64,000 nt of DNA from Podarcis bocagei (Eukaryota): assembly GCA_964188305.1 (NCBI GenBank), contig OZ076885.1; one strand, given 5' to 3'. Within the stretch, counting starts at the first letter, position 1. Each line of letters opens with the position of its first letter. Both the position numbers and the translations under genes were made by a program. This document shows, piece after piece, positions 12,851 through 23,743 of the stretch. The notes under the pieces are model-generated. The model did no database searches, was not told the DNA's origin, and worked only from the letters and a program-made list of their open reading frames with translations.

Positions 12851-15104
12851 TCAGCCTGCAGAGAACAGTTGGTGGTGGTGTTTTCCCCTGGCCTGGGGTT
12901 GGGTTTTTTCTTTTCTTTCTCCCCTCGGTCCTCGGAGCTCAGGAGAGAGAGGATCCCACGAGGAGGAAGCGCAGGCGAGCAGCACCCCAGAAGCCTCCAG
13001 GGGCGCCGGGCGCATGCAGACGTGCACGCGTGAGCGCGTGTGCGCTCGAGCGCCTCTTTCCCCTCTGGGCTCGGAAAGTCCAGCCGCGCTGGCAGGTTGA
13101 TCCTGGGCGTCAGGAGATCTCCGATCGGACTCTAATGGCAGCCGAGCCTTTCTGTCTCCCCCACCCCTCTCTCCCTCTCCTCTCTCTCCCTTTTGCTCGC
13201 CTGACACCCCAGGGAGATGTTTACAGTAATGAATTCGGGTTGATAGCCATCTCTCTCTCTCTCTCCTGGAGTTCCTCCCACATGGCGAGTTTAAAGAATG
13301 CTTGGAAGGCAGGGCTGCAGCCTGAAAGCTTTCCAAGAGGCAAAGTCGGGCTCGGGTTCTCCCCCCCCCCCCAATTATTTAACCCACCCTTCACCGTCAA
13401 GTTCTTTAGCCAAAGAGGCGCTTCTGCCTCAATTCTTATTAGGAGTTTCTCCCCCTCCTCCCCTTTTGCGCGCAGCTATCAGATAGAATACGGGAAACAG
13501 CACCAAGCGGCGTCTTAGGCGCTCAGCCTGATCTACTTCTCGGCTCGGCTCTGGACGTGCGGGCGGGCGCGCGTGTCATTAGCTGCTTTAATTGCCCCAA
13601 TAGAGGCTCCCCGACAAAAACATCAGCAGGGCTTCCAAGGCAGGCAGGATTTGAGTTTTTCCTGGCTCTCTTTTTTTTTTTTTTATCCCGACCATTAAGA
13701 ATAAAAAGCCACTTGGTTTTATCCTGCGCTGAACAGGCGCCCCGCTTGCAGGGAAAGGAACTCCCTTCCCTGGGATAAAATGAATTAATTGTAGTCATTA
13801 GGAAAGGGAAAAGGAGGAAAGAGGCAGAATGTTCACCATAGCGGTGTTATTTCACATGTCTGCAGCCTACGGTGAGATCCCCACCACCACCACCACCTTT
13901 GGACTTTTACCTGGCAAAATCAAATCAATAAATACATCAGCCGATCCCCGGAGAAAGAAGAGATCTGTTTTGTGTTATCTTGACTTTTCTAAAGGACAGA
14001 AGAAATCTAGGCGTCTCTGCCTCATAACTGAATAAATAACCTCCAACCCCAAATGCTACATTTGCGAGAGGGGCAGCCAGTAAACCCCTTTTATTTAAAT
14101 TTTCGGCTACTGCACGGAGGGCACATTTTCACCAGACTAAAATGAAATTGATCGTTTTTATACTCTTTGAGAGCTTTGCTGGATACAAATGGAGAGGAGG
14201 GAGAAAAAAAGGCGGCTGTACCTGCAAGACTTTGCTGATAAAAAAATGAATATACATTATCGGGTTGCATGTCTCTGACATTAATTTTAAGCACCAGGGA
14301 GGGAGGGAACTCGGTGAAATTTGTCAATTTCAGGGATCCTACAAATTCTTATTTTGGAGGAGGGGGTAGTTTTTTAAAAAGCGTTTGAAATCACTCCTGA
14401 TTTTGTTTTTTTTCCATGCTGACTTGTTTTCCCTCCTCCGAGCATCTGGACTCGAGGTTCTAGAGCTAAAGAGCCTAGTGGATTGACACTAGTGTCGCGA
14501 ACTCATTCCTGGTTCATCTGCAGGGAAAGGGAGGGTTTCACACCTGCCTTCTCATCATCTGATGACTGCCACGCAAAAGGGTGCCTTGAAGGTGTGAGTG
14601 GGCCACCACAGACCCAACGCCACGAGGAGAAAGCCCACATGGCCTCAAGCGCGAGGCTTTTCCACGGAGCCAGTTCACACCCTCCGCAGAGAGCCATCAA
14701 GTGTACAGCAATCAAGTGTAAGCTAAATAAACCCAAGTGCAGACGCTGGAGTGAAGCAGGCCTCGACTCAAACTACTGAGAATTCCCTTGAGCGAAACGT
14801 CCTATTGACGCTAAGAGCCGGTTAGAGGTACTGTATTTCCGTTTCCCCCTTCGATCACACGTACAAGCCACACGCTCGCTCTCCATGCCTCAGCCACCCA
14901 TCCCCAGCAATGTGTTGGCGGGTCATACAGACGCGTTGGGCGTTTTGGACACGGCCTAAGCTACCTCCTACCTCCGAAGGCACATCCCCAAACGCAGGAA
15001 AAGGGGTACATATATGGCAAGGGAAGGCAGCACGCATGGCTGTTCCAAAGCAGAGGGCTATGATATTGCCCAGATTACACGGAGAAATGGAATCAGCTCA
15101 AGGA

Positions 15105-15277
15105 GGGAAGGACTGTAGTAGCTCAGTGGCAGAGCGCCTGCTTTGCGTGCAGAAGATCTCGAGTTCTATCCCCGGCATCTCCAGGCAAGGCTGTAGGAGA
15201 CTGAAACCCTAAAACCCTAGAGGGTTGATGCCAGTCATTGTAGATGCTACGGGACTAAGGCAACTTCCCATGTTCCT
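15105..15277 (+). mobile_element. tRNA(Ala-like)-derived SINE (Squam2-like)
   Basis: TAGCTCAGTGGCAGAGC..CTTTGCGTGCAGAAG..CATCTCCAGG head and AAGGCAACTTCCCATGTTCCT tail. Confidence 0.75.
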
Positions 15278-16127
15278 GATGAGCTACACTGTTATCAAAG
15301 CCTGGGACAAAAATATGTCCCTCTCTCTCACAGCCCATCTGTGAGCTTGGGGATCATGGCACGTTCATTCCTGGCATGGCTCTCGCGGGGTTCACAGCCT
15401 GCAATTTATGTACTTTTCCAAGACAGAGGAACTCCTAAACCCGCTAAAGGGGTCCAGCCCCCGCCCCCATGCCTTCGAAAAATGAAAATGCTGGTGCGCA
15501 GACCCCGGAGAAGAAAGCCAGAAGGAGCATCCAGCCAGTCTCTGAAACGGAAGCGCTGACGAGAGCCTGGCACGCAGTGCTGCTGGCACTGTTATCACAA
15601 AAGCAGAATCGCCGCTGGAGAGGAAAGGGGGGGGAGTCTCGGCGAAATCAAGACGGTGCGGGAGGGTATCCCGATAACTCGGAATGAATGAGGGTCCGGA
15701 CTCGAAGGAGTTAACCCAGCCCTAACGCTCCCGCACCCCTCTTCTGCGGAGGCGAAAAGGGGGTGGTGGAGGAAAGACATTTGCCAGACAGTGATTGACT
15801 GATGGGGGAAGAAAGGAGGTTTGTTTCCGTCAGCAGTAGATCTGGATTAAAATGGGGAGGGGCGCTAAAAGGAAGGAGTGCAGGCAGCGGGTGCTGGGGG
15901 GAATAAGCCACTCAGAGCTCTCCAATCGATTGATTCTGGATCCTAATTTTGCACGGGGAGGGAGAGAGAGAAGGGAGGACGCTGCTTTTCTCTGCAGCCC
16001 GATCTGGTCCAGATTTGTCAGGGACGTAAAGTCCCGTTGAACTCGCCGGAGCTTCCTTGCGCGTAAAGGCGCACTGGTTCCGGACGCAAAAGACGAACCG
16101 GCGGAGCAGAGGCACCGTTTTGAAACG

Positions 16128-16175
<48 letters not shown>

Positions 16176-16710
16176 TTGTCACTACCTCAAGGCTTGAGAA
16201 CTTGAACTTGAAGGCACGGAACGGCCTGATTTACAGAAGCCATCAGAATCCACCCACGTGGACCTTTTGCGCGAGAGTGGTGGGCAATGGAAAGGAGACA
16301 CCGTCACTAATTCACCCAGAAAATGTGTTCGTGTGTGTACTTGAACTAGCACCACCAAACTTAATCTGCCATGCAGAAACCGAACTGTCATTGGTTTGAA
16401 GGGGACTACTCTGGAGTAGGCAGTTTCAGGATCGCAGATATATTATTATCATTATCATTATTATGCCCCCCCAATGCATACACAACTCTTCCTGCCTATG
16501 GAGAGAGAATCCACAGCCTCCACCTCTCTCTCCCTCGCTCGCTCCGGAGTCACACCGACTCTAACCTTGCACACCTCTCTGGTCCCCCCCCCCCCATGAA
16601 ACTTGGAACTCTGGGCGACTGAAATGGCCCGAGTTCTTTCTCCCCATCCATCCATCTCAGATGGTGACGCCTGCAGCACGAAGGCAGCGAGGAAAAAGAA
16701 TTCGCTTTAC

Positions 16711-17280
16711 CTGACGAGAGTGCGCCGCGTTTCTCCTCTCGCTGGAGCTCACCCAAACCCCACTGGGTCAGGAAGGTGGCGAGGGCAGCCGCTCGATTCC
16801 TGCATTGTACTGATTTAAGGATCACCGCCAAGGTCTGGCTTTGTTCCATAGCTGGCAAGAGCCACGCTCGCCGTCCTCATAATCTCCGGCTTCCACCGCC
16901 GCCGCCGAAGAGGCTTCTCTCGCCGAAGAGCGCCCAGCGGAGGGATCTTCTGGAGCCGCTGTCCAGCCGGTCATTCAACCCAGAGCGCCAAGATGCAAAA
17001 GACAGCCGAGCATGACCAAATGCCTCGTTCTTCTCCGCCTCCGGCCCGCAAATCTCTCTCCCTCTTTCTTTCTCCCCTCTTTCCCCAAAGCAGATCCTCG
17101 ATGCACCAGATGGGTGCCCCTCCGTCTTCCCAAAGCGAGCCTGCCTGGCGGGTTTCACAAGCGGGTGGCTGCAAGAGCAGCGGCAACAGCAGCGCGCAGC
17201 GACGCCTGCCTCAAACAGCGCCTTCCTCGAAACTCAGCCGTCTAGCAAAGAGCGGCAGGCAGCGGCCGCTTAACCCTTTG
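16711..17280 (-). other. Candidate alternative non-coding first exon
   Basis: Strong minus-strand donor CAG|GTAAAG (exon ends 16711) downstream of a GC-rich tract with GCC/GCA repeats. The 5' boundary is a guess. Confidence 0.4.
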
Positions 17281-17415
17281 AGGGCGGGACGCTGAAAGAA
17301 GAGCCGAGCCTGTGAGAGCAAGAGAGGGAGAGAGAGAGGTCGCTCTGTTGTGGCTGGCCCAGCACAGAATGTCTGGAGAGAGAAAGTGAGAGGCTTGCAT
17401 GCCTGGGGAAACTTA

Positions 17416-17449
<34 letters not shown>

Positions 17450-17998
17450 AGATATCCTTCGGGAGATCAGCTGCGTGCCTCTTTTGCAAACGTGCCGCCT
17501 CGTCTCGTCTCAAGGGGTGGGTTTGGAAAAGAAAGAACAGGCATAATCTGCCACTGGACTCGAGAGGATAGGGGCGGGTGGGGAGTGTTTCTACTTGGGA
17601 TCTTTATTTTCTGCACTTACAGACCTTTTAAAAAAATATTTCCCGTGAAAAGTACGTGGATTTAGGAGCCACTTCGGAGGGATTTCGCCTCTGATCCTTG
17701 GATTTCGTGCGTGTGGCATGACTTTATTTTTTTTTTTTTAATAAATTTTTATTGGTTTTACAGCATTTTTAAGAAAAACAAACAAACACAAAACAAAACA
17801 AACATAGAAAATACTTTCAAAGATATTTTCATAAACCTCTTTTCTTGGACTTCCCCATACCTCCCCTCTCTGCATCCCAGTGTCCATATTTGAGCTAGCA
17901 ACTTCCAATTGTTACTTTCTAATCTCTGTCATCTTAGTCCTCCTTTATTATCTAACCTTGTATCCCTGTACCCTGTTACTTCTAGCAACCACAACATT

Positions 17999-20900
17999 TT
18001 AACATTCGTTAAGTTTGTAGTAGTCCTTAAGATAGCTCTTAAATTTTTTCCATTCTTCTTCCACCATCTCTTTGCGTTGGTCACGGATTCTGCCTGTCAT
18101 CTCAGCCAGTGTCATATAGTCCATCACTTTCATCTGCCATTCTTCCAGAGTAGGTAAATCTTGTGTCTTCCAATACTTTGCGATGAGTATTCTTGCTGCT
18201 GTTGTGGCATACATAAAGAAATTTCTGTCTTTCTTTGTCACCAATTGGCCGACAATGCCCAAGAGAAAGGCCTCTGGTTTTTTAGAAAATGTACATTTAA
18301 GTACCTTTTTCATTTCATTATAGATCATTTCCCAGAAGACCTTTATCTTCGGGCATGTCCACCAAAGGTGGTAAAAAGTACCTTCAGTCTCTTTACATTT
18401 CCAACATTTATTATCGGGCAAATGGTAGATTTTTGCCAGCTTGACTGGGGTCATGTACCACCTGTATACCATTTTCATAATGTTTTCCTTTAAGGCATTA
18501 CATGCCGTGAATTTGATACCGGTGTTCCATAACCATTCCCAGTCATCTGACATAATGTTGTGTCCAACATCCTGCGCCCACTTAATCATAGCAGATTTAA
18601 CTGTTTCATCCTGTGTGTTCCATTTCAACAGCAAGTTATACATTCTAGATAAATTCTTAGTATTGGGTTCTAACAATTCGGTCTCTAGTTTTGATTTCTC
18701 CACTTGGAAACCGATTTTCCTATCCTGTTTAAAAATTTCCATTATTTGACGATATTGAAACCAATTTTCTACTTTGTGCTTCAATTTCTCCTGACTTTGT
18801 AATTTAACCTTGTCTCCATCCTGTTCTAAAATTTCCCAATACTTCGGCCATCCGACCTCCATATTGAGTTTCTTCACTGCTTTAGCCTCCACTGGTGACA
18901 CCCATCTAGGGGTTTTATTTTCCAATAAGTCTTTGTATCTTATCCAGACATTAAATAATGCTTTTCTAACAATGTGATTTTTAAAGATACTGTTAACCTT
19001 GTCATACCAAAGATATGCATGCCAACCAAAAGCATTATTGAAGCCTTCCAGATCCAAGATGTCCGTGTTCTCGAGGAGCATCCATTCTTTCAGCCAGCAA
19101 AACGCTGCTGCCTCATAGTACAATTTTAGGTCCGGCAGGGCAAAACCCCCTCTTTCTTTAGCGTCAGTCAGTATTTTGAATTTAATTCGGGGCTTTTTGC
19201 CCTGCCAGACAAATTTCGAAATGTCTTTGTGCCACCTCTTAAAACATTCCATCTTGTCGAGAATCTGCAAGGTCTGAAACAAAAATAACATTCTAGGCAA
19301 TACATTCATTTTAATTACTGCAATTCGGCCTAACATTGACAGTTTCAGATTTGACCATATTTCTAGATCTTTTTTAATCTCTGACCAGCATTTTTCATAA
19401 TTGTCCTTATACAAATTAACATTCTTAGGTGTTAAATAGACCCCTAGGTATTTAACTTTCTTAACCACAGTCAAACCTGTTTCCTCCTGAAATTTCTCCT
19501 TTTCCATATCTGTTAGGTTTTTCCCTAAGACTTTAGTTTTTTGCTTATTCAACTTAAATCCAGCCACCTGGCCAAATTGTTGAATTATTTCTAAAACCCT
19601 TTTCGTACTAGTGTTTGGCTCTTGCAAAGTCAATACTAGGTCATCTGCATACGCTCTTAATTTGTAATGTTTAGCTCCGACCTGCACACCTTTGACCTGC
19701 TGGTCATTTCTTATCATATTCAGCAACACCTCCAGAACCGAAATAAAAAGTAATGGGGAAATTGGGCACCCCTGCCGAGTTCCTTTTTCTATCTTAAGTT
19801 CCTCAGTCACGACATTATTTACAATCAGCTTAGCTTTTTGTTCAGAATATATTGCAGCCATACCATTCTCAAAACCCTGGCCTACCCCCATCCCATGAAG
19901 ATTCTTCCTCATAAAACTCCAAGAGATATTATCAAAGGCTTTCTCCGCGTCCACAAAGATCAATACAGCTTTAGTGTTTATATTCACCTCCAGCTTTTCC
20001 AAAATGTCTATTACATTCCTTACATTGTCTGCTAGGTGTCTTTTAGGGAGAAAGCCTGCTTGGTCTTTATGAATCTTCTCCATCAAAACTCTTTTAAATC
20101 TTTTTGCCAAAATGTCTGCAAAAATTTTGTAATCCACATTAAGGAGTGATATCGGGCGGTAGTTCTTGAGTTGAGTCTTTTCAGTCTCTGACTTTGGTAT
20201 GAGTGAAATATATGCCTCTTTCCACGATTCGGGTGCCCTTTTTCCCTCAAGGATCTCATTACAAACTTCTCTTAGTGGTTGAATCAACCATTCCTTCAGC
20301 GATTTGTAGTATCTAGAAGTCAGTCCATCTGGTCCCGGAGATTTGCCCAGTTGCATACTCTGAATGGCAGCCTCTATCTCTTGTTCTGAGATTCTCTGGT
20401 TCAAGTCCATCTTACTTTGCTGAGAGATATTTTGTAGTCCGTATCTTCGAAGGAATTTGTCTATATCTTCTTCATTTTGCGGGCCTTGGGTGTAAAGTTT
20501 TTTAAAATAACTTAAAAAGCAATTTCTAATTTCATTAGGTTTAGATATGCTCTTTCCATCAACCTCTAGGCTTGTAACTGTATTTAGTTTCTGCCTTTTC
20601 TTCAATTGCCATGCCAAAAGTTTACCGCATTTATTTGCTGATTCAAAAGTCTTTTGTTTCATTTGCTTTATCTTCCATTCAATCTCTTGGTTCATCAATT
20701 CCATATATTGAGTTTGATATAACTTAATCTCTCTTAAAATGTCCTGAGACTTTGGTTTTGTTCTTAATTTCCTCTCTCCTTTCTTTATCATTTCCAAGAT
20801 CTTCTCTTTTTTCTCATTTTGTTTTTTCCTCTTTATTGAATTTTGTTGAATCAAAAATCCTCTCATAACAGCTTTACTTGCGTCCCAGATCACTCTTTTC

Positions 20901-21730
20901 TCCACGTCAGTCCTCAAATTTATTTCAAAATAATCTTTTAAGGTCTTTTGGGCCTTCGTGAGAATCTCCTTATCTCGAAAGAGGGTGTCATTCATTCTCC
21001 ATCTAAATTGACCAGTTATTGTGAGTTTCATCTCCATCTTCACGGCGTTATGGTCGGAGCAAGTTTTTGGGCAGATTTCCACTTTCTTAATCTTTGGAGC
21101 CAGTCCACTAGTAACCCAGATTTGGTCAATTCTGGTCCAGGTCATCATTGCTTGGGAGAAGAAGGTTCCCTCTCTCTCCAGAGGGTTCCTTGTTCTCCAA
21201 ATGTCTATCAAGTCCATATTTTCTGTCATTTCGAAAAAAGTCTTAGGGAGTCTCCCTTCTTTAGTGACTGTTAGTCTTTGTGCCTTGTCCATATTAGTGG
21301 AGACCACGCCATTCATGTCTCCCATGATTATCATATTATAATCCAGATAGTCCGTCAAAGTTTCATGAAGTCCCTTAAAGAAGTCAGATTTGCCTTCATT
21401 TGGTGCATAAATTCCAACAACTAAAAGTTTTTCTCCTTGTACTTGTATCTCCACAGCCAGATATCTCCCTTGTTCATCTTTAAATATCATTTTTGGAGCC
21501 CATTTCTCCTTCACATATATTACCACTCCTCTCTTCTTAACTTTGTCTGATGAAATAAATTCTTGTCCTAACCTTTTATTTGTGAGTAATCTCCTGTGGG
21601 CTCTAGTTATGTGAGTTTCTTGTAAACAAATCAAATCCAATTGTTCTCTGTTCAGAATATGAAATACTTGTCTTCTCTTCAGAGGCCCATTCAGTCCATT
21701 ACAATTCCAACTAAGGAATTGCAGAGCCAT
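17999..21730 (-). CDS. L1 ORF2p: APE endonuclease + reverse transcriptase + C-terminal CCHC domain, 1243 aa, uninterrupted
   Basis: EN motifs SWNCNGL, LQETH, IYAPN, GDMN, RIDQIW, SDHN. RT motifs GPDG, YRPISL, DAEKAFD, GTRQGCPISPLLF, YADD, KYLG. C-terminal CWKC-x8-HLWWTC. Confidence 0.97.
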   Translation of the reverse strand: MALQFLSWNCNGLNGPLKRRQVFHILNREQLDLICLQETHITRAHRRLLTNKRLGQEFISSDKVKKRGVVIYVKEKWAPKMIFKDEQGRYLAVEIQVQGEKLLVVGIYAPNEGKSDFFKGLHETLTDYLDYNMIIMGDMNGVVSTNMDKAQRLTVTKEGRLPKTFFEMTENMDLIDIWRTRNPLEREGTFFSQAMMTWTRIDQIWVTSGLAPKIKKVEICPKTCSDHNAVKMEMKLTITGQFRWRMNDTLFRDKEILTKAQKTLKDYFEINLRTDVEKRVIWDASKAVMRGFLIQQNSIKRKKQNEKKEKILEMIKKGERKLRTKPKSQDILREIKLYQTQYMELMNQEIEWKIKQMKQKTFESANKCGKLLAWQLKKRQKLNTVTSLEVDGKSISKPNEIRNCFLSYFKKLYTQGPQNEEDIDKFLRRYGLQNISQQSKMDLNQRISEQEIEAAIQSMQLGKSPGPDGLTSRYYKSLKEWLIQPLREVCNEILEGKRAPESWKEAYISLIPKSETEKTQLKNYRPISLLNVDYKIFADILAKRFKRVLMEKIHKDQAGFLPKRHLADNVRNVIDILEKLEVNINTKAVLIFVDAEKAFDNISWSFMRKNLHGMGVGQGFENGMAAIYSEQKAKLIVNNVVTEELKIEKGTRQGCPISPLLFISVLEVLLNMIRNDQQVKGVQVGAKHYKLRAYADDLVLTLQEPNTSTKRVLEIIQQFGQVAGFKLNKQKTKVLGKNLTDMEKEKFQEETGLTVVKKVKYLGVYLTPKNVNLYKDNYEKCWSEIKKDLEIWSNLKLSMLGRIAVIKMNVLPRMLFLFQTLQILDKMECFKRWHKDISKFVWQGKKPRIKFKILTDAKERGGFALPDLKLYYEAAAFCWLKEWMLLENTDILDLEGFNNAFGWHAYLWYDKVNSIFKNHIVRKALFNVWIRYKDLLENKTPRWVSPVEAKAVKKLNMEVGWPKYWEILEQDGDKVKLQSQEKLKHKVENWFQYRQIMEIFKQDRKIGFQVEKSKLETELLEPNTKNLSRMYNLLLKWNTQDETVKSAMIKWAQDVGHNIMSDDWEWLWNTGIKFTACNALKENIMKMVYRWYMTPVKLAKIYHLPDNKCWKCKETEGTFYHLWWTCPKIKVFWEMIYNEMKKVLKCTFSKKPEAFLLGIVGQLVTKKDRNFFMYATTAARILIAKYWKTQDLPTLEEWQMKVMDYMTLAEMTGRIRDQRKEMVEEEWKKFKSYLKDYYKLNEC

Positions 21731-21734
21731 CTTG

Positions 21735-22763
21735 TTATTTTCTTAAGGCTCCTCCAACAGCTCCAAGTTGTTGCTCTTCTTCTGACGGTGGTGGTTTTTG
21801 TCCAAACGAGAGACTCAGGATGTCCAGTGCTCTCCTCTGTTCTGCAAGTACGTCCACAGTCCCCTTCTGTAGGTCCTCCTGATATCTTGCCAGAAATTTG
21901 TCTTTATCTTGAATTGTCTTTATTTTCACTTTCTTTGCCTTGTAGTCGAATGACAGTCCTTGTGGGAATTCCCACCTGAAGCGGATCTGATTTTTCTTTA
22001 GCAAAAGCACCAAATCCTTGTAGAAGTTTCTTAAGTCCAAGATATATTTTGGTATGTCTTTAAAGATCTGTACTGCTGAATTTCCAATTTGGAGGGCTTT
22101 TCCAAAGTGTAGTCCTAAAATTTTATCTCTTTCCTCCTTGGATCTGAGTGTGATCAAACAATCTCTTGGTGTCTTTCTATCTTGCTTTTTGCCGAGTCTA
22201 AAGGCAGTTGTGATTTTGAACTCGTCTTCCTCCAAGTCCCAGCAATCCGCAAACTCCCGTGTCAAAAATTCCACAAGGTTGTCACTTTCATTCTCCGGAA
22301 TCAGTCTTAATTTTAAGTTTCTCTCTTTCCTCTGTAACTCCCACAAGGCCAAGGTTGCATCATGCTCATAGACCTTCTTGGCAAGTGGCTCTAATTTCTC
22401 CTGCGTCTCTCCAGCTGTGGCTTTGGCCTCTTCGGCAATTTGACGCGTGGTGGCATTTTCCTCGACCAATTTATTTATAGATTCTGTATTCTGGTTTAAT
22501 CTTGTTGATATTTCTGTTAATTTTTGTGTGTTCTCTGAAGTCTGTTTTGTCAAAGACTCCAGAGTCTGGTTTATCTTAAGCAAAGCTTCTGTCACAGCAT
22601 CCATAGAAACGGCTGCTCCTTTGTCCTGTCCTGTTGTTCCAGCTAGTCCGGCTGTTACGCCTAAGATCGAACCTCTTCTCTTTGCTTGTTGCAGCTGCAG
22701 CTGTTGCTGTTGTTGTTGCTTGGTCTTGGCTCTTGTAGTTATCTCTTCTTGTGGCCCACTCAT
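21735..22763 (-). CDS. L1 ORF1p, ~342 aa from the first ATG (coiled coil + RRM/CTD-type RNA-binding protein)
   Basis: Lies directly upstream of ORF2. Heptad-rich region followed by RKERNLKLRLIPE, AFRLG, PRDCLI, IFKDIP and FRWEFP motifs typical of L1 ORF1. First ATG at 22763 (the ORF track starts at an upstream GTG). Confidence 0.92.
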   Translation of the reverse strand: MSGPQEEITTRAKTKQQQQQQLQLQQAKRRGSILGVTAGLAGTTGQDKGAAVSMDAVTEALLKINQTLESLTKQTSENTQKLTEISTRLNQNTESINKLVEENATTRQIAEEAKATAGETQEKLEPLAKKVYEHDATLALWELQRKERNLKLRLIPENESDNLVEFLTREFADCWDLEEDEFKITTAFRLGKKQDRKTPRDCLITLRSKEERDKILGLHFGKALQIGNSAVQIFKDIPKYILDLRNFYKDLVLLLKKNQIRFRWEFPQGLSFDYKAKKVKIKTIQDKDKFLARYQEDLQKGTVDVLAEQRRALDILSLSFGQKPPPSEEEQQLGAVGGALRK

Positions 22764-23743
22764 GTCAAGGTCAATTCCCACGGGATTTATTCTCCCTTGG
22801 AAAATTCCACTGTCTTAGGCCGTGCTGGACTTCACTTTATCCTCTAGAGGGAGCAAATCAAAATGGCCATAGAAGGAAATTTCAAAATACATGAACAAAG
22901 GAGACCATCCAAGATGTAAAAAGAAAGGAGATTAATCCAGTCAAAATCAATGTTACTAAAGTCTTATAGCTTCCAATTGCCACAGTTGCCCAGTATACTG
23001 TTTATACTGTTTCTTCTTAAAATGTACAAAAATCAGGCACTGTGGAAACTTTGTATCAAGGTGTCACTTCACAGGAAAAAGTCAGCTCAGTGTACTAAGA
23101 AGGCAGACCGTTTCAGACTTTCAAGTAGATAAGATAGCAGAGGTTTTTTCCTTCAAATAAGTCATGCAGTTAATGTTCAGATTCACCTCCCCTCTGCCCT
23201 GCTTGCTAGAGGGGAGATCAAAGGTTTAAATGTCCGGTTTAGCTGATCAAAAGACGAATTTAAACGGATGCAGGTTTAGAGCTCCGTTGCTTTCACTTTC
23301 ATGCGGTCGGGGGGAGGCAGACTTCCTTTGTTTAAATCTCCCCCGTTTTTAGCCCAATTTTTAAAATTAAAAGAAAAGTCCCAGTTATTTTTCAGTTCTT
23401 ACTCACGGGGAATCAGTCCGAATTTCTTTTCAGGAAGGAATCGGCGCTCTCCGCTTATGGCGACGCGGCTTCACTTCGCAGGCTGGGTAGCGACTCTCAG
23501 CACCGCGCTCACTCCCGATGTCGATCCGTAGCCTTTAAAAAGGCTCTTTCACGGTACCGGGGGGCGCGAAGGTGCCCACCGAGTCTCCTTGTTCTCAGGC
23601 TTCAGCGCCTGGGATTTTAGGGGTCCCCCGCTTGCCGTAGCGGGTAAGACCCGAACTTGCGAAGCAGTCCTTCTCCGGAGCTCGGAGGTAGGACCGCCAT
23701 TAAGCGCTGGCACCGACCGGAAGTCCCGTGTGGCATGACTTTA

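Larger units (their letters stand above)
11950..17709. promoter_or_regulatory. Large CpG island / promoter cluster of an unidentified gene (left part)
   Basis: High GC and CpG density against CpG-depleted flanks, GCC/GCA repeats, GA tracts, and an NRF1-like/E-box-like cluster at ~13010-13050 (GCGCATGC, ACGTGCACGCGTG). Confidence 0.8.
17727..23726 (-). mobile_element. Full-length L1 (LINE-1 clade) retrotransposon, 6.0 kb
   Basis: 17-bp TSD CGTGTGGCATGACTTTA at 17710-17726 and 23727-23743. Poly(A) tail (T run from 17727), preceded on minus by AATAAA (17748-17753). Two open ORFs and a CpG-rich 5'UTR starting GGACTTCCGG. The target reads CTTT/AA, resembling the L1 endonuclease consensus. Confidence 0.97.

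Noticed and set aside
12154-13518. Overlapping 160-250 aa ORFs on both strands in the CpG island
   Set aside because: Low-complexity R/G/P/A/S sequence open in several frames is expected from GC-rich DNA, and there is no recognisable domain or signal peptide.
15115-15185. tRNA-Ala gene
   Set aside because: It continues into a SINE body and tail and has diverged copies elsewhere in the window.
18161-22818. Plus-strand ORFs antisense to the L1 ORFs
   Set aside because: Short shadow ORFs with no motifs.
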